Both the position numbers and the translations under genes were made by a program. From contig OU015569.1 in NCBI GenBank assembly GCA_907165135.1, positions 9,424,001-9,488,000 of the forward strand: 64,000 bases of DNA. The letters run 5' to 3'. Below the pieces are notes generated by a model, which saw only the letters and a list, made by a program, of their open reading frames with translations, did no database searches and was not told the origin of the DNA. This document shows positions 51,935 through 64,000 of the stretch, piece after piece; position 1 is the stretch's first letter; each line of letters starts with the position of its first letter. The DNA comes from Oikopleura dioica. Its lineage: Eukaryota; Animalia; Chordata.

Positions 51935-54900
51935 TTGAACCTCGCTTACAGTAGGACTTTCAAATGGTTTCTCCTGTGGATAGGGATTGAGACGATAGGT
52001 AGATATGTCGACCCGAACGAGCTTCTTAACCAACGACCGATTCTGGCTATTGAAAAAACAGTTGTACCAGGTATGTACCATCGCAGTCTTAAAATGACTT
52101 CTTACTTCGCATGGTTAAGGTGATAGGCCATGGACAAACGAAGACCTGGCTTACTATTTGTACGATAATGCACCCGCCGATTACAACGTGAAAGTCCTTG
52201 GGTTTACAGACATCTCTGGATACTCGGATTCTAGCGGAGGACGTGTGCGTCGTGGATCGGAGAGCAAGAAAAAAGCAGCAAAGAAAGCTGCCAAACTTGC
52301 TAAAGAAGAAGACGGCGGCTCTAAAAAGAAGAAGAAGAAAAAGTCTGAAGCAACTTCTACCTCAGCGGCAGCAACTGAAACATCAACCACCACTTCCACA
52401 TCCACTACCAGTACTACCAAAACAAGTACTACAACAACAAGTACTACAACAACAACCACAACAACTACCACAACAACTACCACAACAACCACCACAACAA
52501 CCACCACAACAACCACCACAACAACCACAACAACAACCACAACAACTACAACCACAACTACTACAACCACAACTACTACAACCACAACTACTACAACTAC
52601 TACTACTACAACAACCACAACAACGACTTCTACAACATCTACAACTACGACCAGTACAAATACTACCACCACAACAACTTCTACCTCTACGACAACACCA
52701 GCTACTACACCTAAGAAAAAGAAATGGAAGAAAGAGCAAAAGAAAAAGAAAAAAGCTGATCGTGGCAAGAAAAAGAAAAACAAGATCACTTTCGACGCTC
52801 TCGACATTGCTTCTCGGCGATCACTTTGGGCCCAAAAGAAGCAAGAACAGACTCCAGTCAATGCCGATTACTACAGTTACGCTATTATCCTGGAGATCAG
52901 CGTCAATAGAGATTATAGCAGCTTTGCTTACGCTACCCTCGAAAAATTCATGGATTTCATTGGCACGCGTTCTGCTTCCCCTGAAATTGCTTTCGAAGGT
53001 GAAAACGAGTTTCTTGAATACGCAGACAGCTGTGGAATTAATGTCGATGATTACGTTGATGACACTGAATACTTTATCGAAGTTCTGGAAATCGACTCTA
53101 CTGTCGTTGATGTTGATGATCTTATCGCAGTTCGTGATGCTTTGTACAGTGATCTTCCAGAAAGCTTTATGGTGGAAGTTATTCAGCTTGCTGAGGTCAT
53201 TGACCAAGAGACAATGTGGATGAGTGGAAACGAAACAGAGTCCTCTTACGTCGTTGTTGCTGCTGTCACCTTCCCAGAAGTCAGCTTTGCTCGACACGAT
53301 GCTGACTTGCTTGCGTTCCGAACATACATGTACATGAGTGGACGTGGTGTTCTTACAAAATTTGACGCTGCTTTCTTCGACACTGTGGAAGAGCTTGACC
53401 TTGCAGATGCTATTCCAGATTATGAAAATCCTTGCGATAGTCATATCTGCTCCGGTGATTTGGTTTGCAAACTCACTGATTCTACAGAAAGCATGACTCC
53501 TGTCCCATACTGTGGTTGCCCAGATTACACTGTGTCTATCAATGCCGCCAGTGATCAATGTGTGACTGCAGGCCAATTTGTGGAAACTTTGGTTGTCGAA
53601 AGTTTGACTGCTTTGACTCCAGATGCAATTTTCGACGAGTTTTACAGTCAATTCACAGCTTATGGTATTCGAATCAAAGCTTTCGACTATAAGGAGGGCA
53701 ACTCTACTACGTGGTCTATGGACGGTATGGACTCCATTTGCGTGTTGGCAGAGATATCAGATCTAAGCGAAACTGATGGCTCTTTTGGAGGATTTGTAGA
53801 TGCTCTCTCAGCAGAAGGACGAGACGTTTATTTGGACACTGATGCTCAATTTTATCTTGACATAAGTCTTTGTGGTCTTGACTGGACCCAAGAGGAATGC
53901 CCAGTTAATCAAGAACCAAGCAAGTGTCCTCAGTGTGATGACACCTGTGAGGATATTTCCATGGGTGGCGGACATGACATGTGCGGTGAGCAATGCGAAG
54001 GAGGCTGTGCATGCAAGCCTGGCTATGCTCGATACCAGGTGACTGACGATGGCGAAAAGACTGACGCTATGTGCATCCCAATCAATCAGTGTCCTCTCGA
54101 GTGTGGTGCTAACTCTAAGTACTCCGCATGCGAATACGGCTGTGAAGCTACTTGCGCAGATCCATTCAAAATTTCTTGCCGTGAACAAGCATCTTCTGTC
54201 TTTGGCAAAAACAACGGATGCGAAGCTCGGTGCGTCTGTGACGATGGTTTCATCAAGAACGAATCCGGTGAATGCGTTCCGATGACTGACTGTCTTACAT
54301 GTCCATCGAACTCTGTCGATGCAGAGTGCTTTGACGAATGTGCCGCTACCTGTGACGAGCCTGATTTTACATGCACTGAGTATCCCACTTCTTGTACAGC
54401 TGGATGTGACTGTAGCGATGGATACGTTAAGGATTTTTTCCATCCTTTCGCCCCATGTGTCCCCGTTGATGAATGTGATACTACCTTCGAGTGTCCAGAA
54501 TTTATGATTCCTGATAGTTGCGCGAACAATGCTTGCTATGATACCTGCGAGTCGTGGAGTCTTGACAACGTTAACGTTTGCCCCGCTCAACGATATGCCG
54601 AGTGTGAGATGGGCTGTGTCTGCGCCCCCGGTTACGTTCGACACTCCGAAAAAGATGACAAATGTATCCCTACTTATGAATGTAATGCTGTGACAAAATC
54701 TCTTGACTCAATTGATTTCGTCTATGTCGGCGAATCCTCCACTATTGACGCCGCTGATCTTGAAGCACTCAACGCGATCGCGGATGAGTTTACGGAAGAT
54801 GTTGTTCTCAAAATTTCATCTTTCGGAGTTGAGACAAGCGAACAAGTTAGATACGGAGATTCGGAATATTTCTTCGCTGCACGATATGTCTTCCCATCCA

Positions 54901-57900
54901 GTTCTCCTCATATTTATGATGATATCTATGGCAGCCTTGAAGTTATTATGGATTTTTCTAGTGCATACATTAAAATCGAAGGAACATCTGAGTTCCAACA
55001 GTGCGTCACTGGTTATGAGCTTCTGTTTGAGTGTATTTACGACGACTGTCGAGGTGAGCTTTGTCTTCAACCAAGCACCTCTTGTCCCGACGGAACATAT
55101 TGCCGAGAGACGTCTGAATTCGATCTTGCTGGTGAACCACTCGGTGAAGTCAGCTATGAGTGTGAGTGTGATATTGAAGGTGAAACACTCACCGCTGCTG
55201 ACACTTGTGTCGCTGGTAAATTAAACCGATTCACTGTGCTTGAACTGGTCCAACAAAATTTCTGCGCTTTCAGGCATTACCCACAATCTGAACTCATTGC
55301 GATGGCTGAAGATGTTCTTTACGGCGATCTTCCAGAAGGTCTCAAGTTCAATGTTCTTAACGTAGCGATCAATTTTAAACGATGCGCGCAACTTGATGCT
55401 GCTCGACGAAACTTTGCCAGAACCATCCATTTCGCTCCTTTTGAAGCCGTCATTGTTTCGAAACGTAAAAATATCCCAGGCAGTCAACTGGTCTTGAATG
55501 AATGGATCGAGAATACCGGAAGACGAGTCTATGATTCTAAAGATGCTGAATCTATGGTCATTGTTGAAAATAACGACTTGTGGGAGGTTATTCCGCTCAC
55601 TCCAGACGTTGAATGTCCTAGGGGAGAAGTTTTCAATGTTTGTGCTTCCGACGCTTGTCAGTCAACTTGTGAAAATCACGCCAATGAGGATGCGTGTTCC
55701 GACCCCGACACTGACTGCGCGGGGCCGGGTGTCTGTGCTTGTCCTGATGGCATGGCTCGAATAATCGATGATGGACCGTGTGTTTTCATTGACAGTTGTC
55801 CACACGTTAAGTGTAATGAAGACCCTGGACTCGAGTTCAGCTACGATACCTTGTCTTGTGAAGATATTGACGAATGTGCTGACGGTACAGTCTGTGGTGA
55901 TGCTGAGTGTGTCAATACTTTTGGATCTTTCTACTGCGAGTGTGATGAGGGTTATCAATTCAACGAGCAGGACGACACTTGTGAGGATATCAACGAATGC
56001 GCTATGCGTGAGGTACTCTGTGGTGATTTTACCGAGTGTGAAAACACTGATGGTAGCTACATCTGCACTTGTGGCGACGGATTCAACTGGGATGAGAGCG
56101 GAGCTTGTTCGAATGTTAACGAATGCCGATTGAACACCGACGATTGCGACGAAACACAATTCTGCGTCGACATTCCTGGTGGATATTTGTGCCCCTGCTT
56201 GCCAGGTTACGAAGAAAGCGGTTCTTCTTGCGCTGATATTGACGAGTGTCTTTTCGACTATGTCTGTGATAGTGATGACAATATGAATTGTGAGAACACT
56301 GACGGCTCCTACGAATGCGTCTGCGAAGACGGTTACATATACAATGGCGAGTCATGTCAAAACATTGATGAATGCGCAATCGGAAAGAGCGAGTGCGATC
56401 ATCGGGCTGGCGAAGACTGTGTTGATAATGAAGGAAGTTATGATTGTGTCTGTGCTCAAGGTTTCAGCCGAAACGAAACCTCTGATGATTGCGATGACAT
56501 CAATGAGTGCGAAAATGATGATTTCGATGTTTGCGGACAAGGAACTGTCTGTGTTAATCTACCTGGCTCATACGAGTGCCGATGTAACGATGGATACGCT
56601 CTCGTTAACAACCGATTCCTCCAAGATGTTTGCGTCGACATCGATGAATGCAACTTGAACCTGGATAACTGCAACCGAGAGAGCTATTGCCTCAATACTG
56701 ATGGATCCTTTGAGTGTCATTGCCGAGAAGGCTATGTTGGCAAGGATAATATCTGTCGAGACATTGACGAATGTAACACTGCTGCTAATGACTGCGATTG
56801 GCCAGATGTGTGCTTAAATACAGTCGGCAGTTTCGAGTGCGTCTGTGCCTTCGGATTCGAAGATGTAGGCGGTGAGTGCGTTGATATTAACGAGTGCGAA
56901 GTTGGAACAACGAACTGCGACTATGCATCTGGTGCACAGTGCAATAACGTCGACGGAGGTTTTACTTGTTACTGCTCGAGCGGTCTTACAGGTCTCGGTG
57001 TCATTGGATCTCCATGCGAGCCCTCACCATGCGAAGAAAATGAAGTCGAAAATGATTGTGCAAACAGAGAGTGCGTCATTGACTGTCTTTCGGAGCTCAA
57101 TAACAAACCACCAACATGTCCTGACGATACCGTTGAATGCCAAACCGGGTGCTTATGTGCGGGCGGTTTTGTTCGTAAATTCCCTGGAGGTCCCTGCGTT
57201 GAACTCGCTACTTGCGAATGTCCGCCATCTTACGAACTTACAGCTAATGGATGTGAAGACATTGATGAATGTGACGCTGGTACCCACGGTTGTGTTGAAG
57301 AGAACCAGTATTGTTACAATACTATCGGTAGCTACATGTGCAAATGTGAGGACGGTTACAGATTCAACATGGGAAGCTGCACTGATGTCAATGAGTGTCA
57401 GACTGGTGAACCTTGTGGTCCACATGGAATTTGCACGAATACAGATGGCGACTTTTCATGTGCTTGCAAAGATGGTTACGAGCTTGATACTACCACTGGA
57501 ATCGATTGTTATGATATTGATGAATGTGACGACGGTGTTTGTGGAGATGATAAATGCACAAATACTGATGGAGGTTTCCAGTGCAGTTGTGCAGCTGGAT
57601 ATGCGATGTCTGATGACGGCTGTGTAGATGTCGACGAATGTACTATTATCAACGACTGTAATCGAAATTCTGAATGTGTCAACACAGAAGGAAGCTACGA
57701 GTGCATCTGTTTTGACGGATATGAATTGAGAGAAAACAAGGAGGGTAATATGAAGTGTCTTAACGCAGACGAGTGCGAGCTTGGCACTTCTGACTGTGAT
57801 GAGATCACTGAGTTCTGTAAAGATACTCTTGGCTCATACGAATGTCTTTGCCAAGTCGGTTTCGAACATGACTCATCCGATGAATGCGTTGACGTTGACG

Positions 57901-60726
57901 AATGTGGTTTCGACGATAATCTCTGTCCATCGAACACAGTTTGTGAAAACACTGTCGGAAGTTTCATGTGTCTATGTAACAATGAAGGTTTAATGTGGGA
58001 TGACAAAAGAAACGATGCGTTGATCGCGATGAGTGCAAAGAAGGCAGTCATATGTGTGATCTTGACAACGACGCTGCTTGCGTCAACTACTGGGGCGGAT
58101 ACGAGTGCGCCTGTCCAGGTGATCTTATCGGTGTCGGTACCGTTGATGATCCTTGCCGATTCCCTTGTGATTCGGAAACATCTGAGTACCTTGCTTGCGA
58201 GGACTTTGACGAGGGAACCCTTACATGCTTCCACACTTGCGAGACATACAAGTGGGAGACTGAAGAAATATGTCTCGACGTTTGCATTGATGGATGCAAC
58301 TGCCTTGATGGATTTGTCAAGACAAACGGAACTTTTGAATCTGCTTGTGTACCCGAAGAAGAGTGCCCAGATCCAGAATGTCCAGAAAATATGATTTTCT
58401 CGACCTGCATGTGTTCTCCAAGTTGTGACAATGAGGATGCCTTCTGTTTTGACGATGACGATGAAGATTGCGTCCCCGGCTGTGTCTGTGAAGAAGGATA
58501 CATTTTGGCTGACGAATCCGAAAATGCTCTTTGCATTCCCAAAGAAGATTGCTCCATTCCTATTGTTGAATGTGGTGCTAACGAAATCTATGTTGAGCAG
58601 CTGGACGTTTGTTTCGCAACTTGTGAAACCTTCAAGCTTTTCACAGATCCGGATTACTGTGATGGAACAGAGACTCTGTATGAAGGATGTGTTTGTGCAG
58701 AAGGCTACGTCCGTTTAACACCTGATCCAAACTCACCGTGTATCCCTGAAGAATCCTGTTCAAATGACCACGATGGCGAATCATGTCGACACTTTAACTT
58801 TATTGAAATTATTGAAGAAACAGACCTCCCTCTTCGAGTGGATATCGACAACCGATACACCTGGAACTACCTCGTCTCTCTTCGTTTCGATAAGTTTGAT
58901 TCTCTTGTCGATAATATTTACGTCGTCGATATTAAAGAGATTGAGCCAGATCTTGAATTTGGTGACAGCGATGGGGATGTTGTAGAGTACGCTATTTCTT
59001 ATCAGATTGTTGATTGTCCACGTCTCGATATGGACGAAATTGAGTTCATGATTCGTTACATGAGAAGCCGGGAAGATCTTGATCTCTACCCAGAATGGAA
59101 ACGAATGTTCCACAAAATCAAGGATACTATGGACCTTTACTTCCCTTGCTACACTGACGAATGCGCTAACGACAGATTCTCGTGCGATGTCTGGACCGAA
59201 ATGGTTGCTTGTCCAACTCAAGAACAGCCAACTTGCCAAGAACAGATGGACTCGCTCGTTGAATGGCAAAACGAAGAACTCTTTAACATTATTTTCGGAC
59301 GAATGGAAGAGAACTGCAAAAAGCAATGTGTATGCAGACCGGGTTACTTCCGGGAAGATAATTCCACAACTGCCGAATGCGTTCCATACCATAAATGTTT
59401 CGGTGGATGTCCAAAGTTCTCCAAGTTCCAAGAGCAGACAAAACTCTGCGTTCCTTACTGCGACGATGCAATTGCACTCAATTGCACCTTAATGACTGCC
59501 GACATCGATAATTTCTCCGAAGTTGAAGACGCCCTTGCCATCCCTGGTTGCAAATGCAGAAAAGGATACATCCGAGAATTCGACTCTCCATTCTCTCCTT
59601 GTGTTCCCGAGGAAGAATGTGTGAAGCCTGATCTTCCTTGCGAAGATGAGAACTCTCACTGGGAATGGGAAGCACCAGCTTGCCCAGCTTCCTGCAGATA
59701 TCCAGATGGTCACGAAGGCGCATCATGTCACGAAAAGAAGAAGGGTTATTGCGTTTGCAATGAGGGTTTTGTCAAGGAGAAGAACAAAAGAGACAGTAAG
59801 TGCGTTACCCTTGGAACTTGTTACGCTGATCAATGCAGAAAAGGAGAACAATATGCTTCCCCAGTCCCCAGGTAAAGACTTTATCTGAGATAAATTGTAT
59901 AAATTTCGTAAATTGCAGATGTTTCGACGATTGTCGATCATGGGCGTACGAAAGCGAAGAGCTCCAATACTGCCACGACGAGGACAAAGATCTCACTCAC
60001 GGTTGCGTATGCGAGGAAGGATACGTCCGTAAAAATGGCAACGATTACCTTCTTGGCTTCAAGGGAGGCAAATGCGTACCAACTGACCGATGTAAAAAGC
60101 CCGATACTGATACGGTTGAAGCGCTTGCTCAGTTGAGCACTCTTCCAGGCAGGGGTTTCGCTAGATTCTTGAGTTGAACGCAAAAGAATTGATTTAGCAT
60201 GTTCGTTTTATGAGGAAATATATTGACCCTTCGATAAGCTGATGTTAGCCTGAGCGATCCAAGCACATGGGACTTAATTATTGAGCTTCTTGGACTGGAC
60301 AAGAAATCGATAAAGATTCTTGGTCTCGATCAAAAATCACGAACTATCCGCCGTCGATGGTCTGCTACATATCAGCGCGTCATGCAAGAAGGGCTATTTG
60401 ACGTTGTCATGCAGGGTGTTGTCGAAACTACTGATAGTGAAACAACTCCAACTGCATCTCTACAAGAACAGATGGAAGCTCAGATCACGGCGGCCGTCGA
60501 ATCGGCCGGAGGTACCGCCACTACTGACGAGGCCGCTGTCGAAGCTGCTGCTACTGATCTCGGTGTCACTATCCCAGAAGCTCCAGCGCCAACTAAGCGT
60601 GAGTTTTTAAGCGTTGATTGTTTTTGTTTTTTTTTTTTGTCGCATTTTCCAGAAAAAGAGCACAAATTTGTAAGAATAGCATTGTGGGTATTAATTCATA
60701 GAAAAATATATTTCAATAAAGTATAA
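51935..60726 (+). CDS. Giant secreted mucin-like / TIL / calcium-binding EGF protein (candidate house or ECM protein), one frameshift at about 58005
   Basis: Hydrophobic N-terminal segment, a Thr tract of about 100 residues, about 13 TIL-like Cys modules, 16 D(I/V)(D/N)EC-type cbEGF repeats and low-Cys acidic spacer domains. Start and final exon are approximate. Confidence 0.85.
52381..52710 (+). repeat. Imperfect ACN codon array encoding poly-Thr
   Basis: ACA/ACC/ACT runs with sub-blocks such as ACAACCACC and ACTACTACAACCACA. Confidence 0.95.
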
Positions 60727-60980
60727 AAAGCAAATTTGTCAAAAGCCCAAACAAAAAGTCACTTCAAACACCGTCCTTGGATAAGATGAAATTTTATTTG
60801 TGAATAAATTGCCTGCAAATAAATTTCGGATTTTGCAGTTCAGTGATTCTATTGGAGTAATTAAGAGTGTAAATTCGAGTAATTGACAATAATTTATATC
60901 TATATGGAGGCACGCGAGGGAGGAAAAATATTTCTGAACATAAATGATGAATAAGATAGGAGAACAAAGAACAACATTTT

Positions 60981-62368
60981 CTAAGAAGATTCCGTAAAAG
61001 GTAGGAAACAACAAGCGCAAATGTAGTCCTCGTGCTCGCCTTTGTTATCTTTGCAGAGAGAACAAGAATTCGATTTCGACGATGGGAGTTGATGAGGGTA
61101 ATTTGTCCGATTGATATGGCCAGTTCCAGGATAGGCCTTGAAGCATTCTTTACAGACCCAGTCTTCGGAATCGTGTTTCCCATTTTTTGTGTACACACAT
61201 TTATCCTTGCTGACTCTTGAATTTGATTTATTTTTTATTATTCCAACGCCTTACTTTGGTGGTGAGCTTCTAGTTAGCGGATTTTCTTCTTTTTTCTCGT
61301 TTATGTTTTCGACAGAGCTTTTTGAATATGGTTTTCCTCTGGATTGAGTTTGATAGGGCAGTGACTGAGAAACTACGAGAGAAGAAAGGTGACAGTGGTT
61401 AGAGCTGGGTTTGATGGCTGGTGTTTCCTGCAAGTGGCGGTGGACTGTTGCGACCCCTCTGTAAAGATGTTTCGCAGCTGATGGCACACAGCGCAATACT
61501 TAGTTTTCTTTAATTTGGAAAAAGCAAATTTTGAATTTCGTAGAGTGAGTAAAATTATCCACCTGTGTAGCCCGCCCTGGTCAACGCGGCGGATGTATCG
61601 AGTAGTTCATCGCACAGTGCTGGAGCAACTTTTATCTTCGCTTTGAATGAAGCTTTTTTTCTTTCTTCGGGAGTATCGTCTGTGAATGATGATCTTCGTG
61701 TAACAAGAGGCCCTTGAATATTGCCGCTGCGAAACCTTTCCTGAGTTTCATTGACCTCTTCATAATTTTCATGACTTCTTTGATTATGTTGTCGCTCGAA
61801 TCTCTCGTTGGAGTTTCTTAAATATAATAAATATATCGATTTTTTATTTTAGTTACGGTTGGTGCGGAAAACGACCAGTTGCTTCCAATATTTTTAGTTC
61901 TCTTTCAAGTCTTCTATCTTGATTCTCATGGTGAATTTTTAAGCGTTTATCTTCGTCTTCTCTTCTTGTTTCAGTTCGCCTCTATGCATTTTATCAATTA
62001 TATGAAATAACAGAGTATTCCCTACATTTTTGCAGTACTCTAAAACACAGAGGACAGCGCCAATCACAATAAGAAGAATAAAAGCGCCAGCAATAAGCAA
62101 AACTGGTGGCCCGAATGAAGTAGCTTAAAAAATAATAGAACTAAAGTGAAGGAAAACAAAACATACCCATAAATAGAGTGTACTTGCACGAAAAGTCATC
62201 TCCACAAGTTTCAGCTAATGCATTGAGAGTCTCTAAAAATTCTTTTTCTCTTTCTTGATCTCAAAAAATATCCCAAACTCATATTTACTTACTCGTAGTT
62301 GTTGTTGCTATAGTACTACTAGGATCTTTCATCTCTAGTTCCCCTTTAACAAACATCGGAAATGTCAT
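60981..62368 (-). CDS. Hypothetical single-pass membrane protein with Cys-rich cytoplasmic end
   Basis: Exons include a TM segment VLLIAGAFILLIVIGAVLCVL, charged cytoplasmic exons and a final exon KCVYTKNGKHDSEDWVCKECF...CSLCKDNKGEHEDYICACCF. The 5' end is uncertain. Confidence 0.5.
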
Positions 62369-62824
62369 TTTTTCTATTTTTCTGCTTTGCTACCTTCTCT
62401 AAATTAATAAAAACACAAATGAGTTCGCGGGCCTATCGAGAAGGAAAACATCACTGAAAATCGAAATCGTTCCTGTTTTATCGCAGAAGCGGAAACAATT
62501 CAGGTAAAAAGGAAATTCCCCCCCCAGTATCAAAATTTTTCATACATGATAAGGCTGGTAACTCGCAACTGCACTCCTGGTAAATATCTAATTCACTGAT
62601 ACTCGTTATCGAATTTTATGCCAAGCAAGTATCTTCCTTGATTTCAATGAAAAATTGTTGTTTGTGTTTGAATTTATTGAGGCGTTTTGAGGTAATGGAG
62701 CTACAGTAACTGTTACAGAATGTTTATAAAAAGACACTTCATTCTTGTTTTTTTTTACATTAGGGTCAAAAAACGAAGTGCTCTCGATGGTGAACAGAAG
62801 TTTTAGTTTTTACAAGTAAATGGC

Positions 62825-63977
62825 TCAGACCCAATGCTGCGTCTTTGCCTGCAGCGTGTCTGTCGTGAAGTGGCTCATTCGGTCAACTTGGTCCATATGA
62901 TCAAGAAGAGACGACTCTTCCATCGAGTTTGAGTTAGTATCTGGGCGACTCTCTTCGTAATTGGACATGGAAAGAACACCGAAGTAGTTTGAACCAGCAT
63001 AAGCAGTATGGCCTAAGAGTTGTTCATAAACAGTGAAATGAGCAAAGTTAAAATAAGCGGATCAAAATTACCTCCGTCATCTGAGACAGATCCTTCATAA
63101 ATTGACTCATCGGGTGCAAGCGGACGTACAACAATTGATGGCATCAGAGAGTCGTAGCGATTTTGTGGGACAGTAACCTTTAAGTTTATTTAAGCTTAAA
63201 CCATCGAGAGCGACAGCGTTTACCTTTACGGAGGAGTCGTGCGCAGCAGGATAGGAATAGACAGTTGCGCCTTCGATCTCTTCTTTCTTGATAGTTGTAG
63301 GTGGCGAATACTTTGTCAAGAATTTCTTCTTTTCCTAATCAGTTTTTATACATTTTAAACAATTTAAAGTACCTCATTCGAGTCTCTTCTAGCTTTTTGT
63401 TTTCTTGAAAAAATGACGGCACCAATAATTATAACAAGTACAACAAGGAGTACTGCAGCAGGAATCACGTATAGCAATGAGCCTAGCTCTAGAGGAACCG
63501 CGGGTGTGTCCTCTTCATCGCTAGCACGAGTGTCTTGAATCGGCGGGGTGACAAATTCTTTCTTAGTCTGAGGCGACTTTGGCCTCAGATCATCGTCTGG
63601 CAGTGTGGTCGGTTTATGCACAAAAGCGCCTTGATGCTCTTGCTCGCCTTCGTCTTTGTGAGAGTACAGTTCATCAGAAGAAATTCCGAAGTGCGGCAGA
63701 AGCGCTGCGTTCACGTCGTCAGCCATTTCAACGGGTGTTGCGAATTCCACTGGTGGTATCATTGACGCCGACACTAGCAACTTTAATTCAGTGGCAACGT
63801 CGTTTGCGCTCGATTCAATAAAAATAACACCCGAATTCATCTCGTTCAGGGTGAACTTTATCGGCGAACACAAAGAGAAGCCATTGAACTCCGTGCAGTT
63901 TACGCTTTCAGAGTTGTTTTTATGTTCAGTCTCCGAAACAGAGCCTTCCAATCGTCGAATCTCCAAACCGTTTGTCT
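62825..63977 (-). CDS. Single-pass membrane protein, 3' part (5' end beyond window)
   Basis: ORF 63364-63966 has a Pro/acidic stalk and TM LLYVIPAAVLLVVLVIIIGAVIF. Spliced cytoplasmic exons end TLQAKTQHWV*. Confidence 0.65.
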
Positions 63978-64000
63978 AAATATTTTGTCAGATAGCGAAG

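Noticed and set aside
52181-53223. Poly-Val (minus) and poly-Gln/Pro (plus) ORFs
   Set aside because: They are antisense and shifted readings of the Thr codon array.
58005-58010. Programmed ribosomal frameshift
   Set aside because: No canonical slippery heptamer or evident stimulatory structure. An indel error or allele is simpler.
60794-61198. 134-aa hydrophobic ORF as a GPCR fragment
   Set aside because: The upstream exon splices in phase into the overlapping Cys-rich frame instead, and no GPCR motifs are present.

Overview
This is gene-dense eukaryotic DNA with very short introns (typically 40-70 nt) and several non-canonical donors (GA-AG, GC-AG). The genes are chordate-type, so the best fit is the larvacean tunicate Oikopleura (inference, not verified). 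Recognisable spliced genes are a catalytically altered PLA2-like protein, a two-domain CAP protein, PM20D1, a DMRTA-type DM-domain factor, prominin, beta-tubulin, UNC79, chondroitin synthase, a HORMA-domain protein, a centrosomin/CDK5RAP2-like protein, a DEDDh exonuclease, HMMR and a giant Thr/EGF/TIL secreted protein, plus several orphans. The most striking signal is a set of non-autonomous hAT-like elements that share a CAGAGTT terminal inverted repeat. Two are complete, have perfect 8-bp target-site duplications and sit inside coding exons of UNC79 and HMMR. A third is cut by the window start. In both complete cases, a donor inside the TIR (GA or GT) plus a CAG in the downstream TSD copy would splice the element out in frame, so these look like transposon-born introns caught in the act. 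Exon boundaries and alignments were done by eye, without tools.
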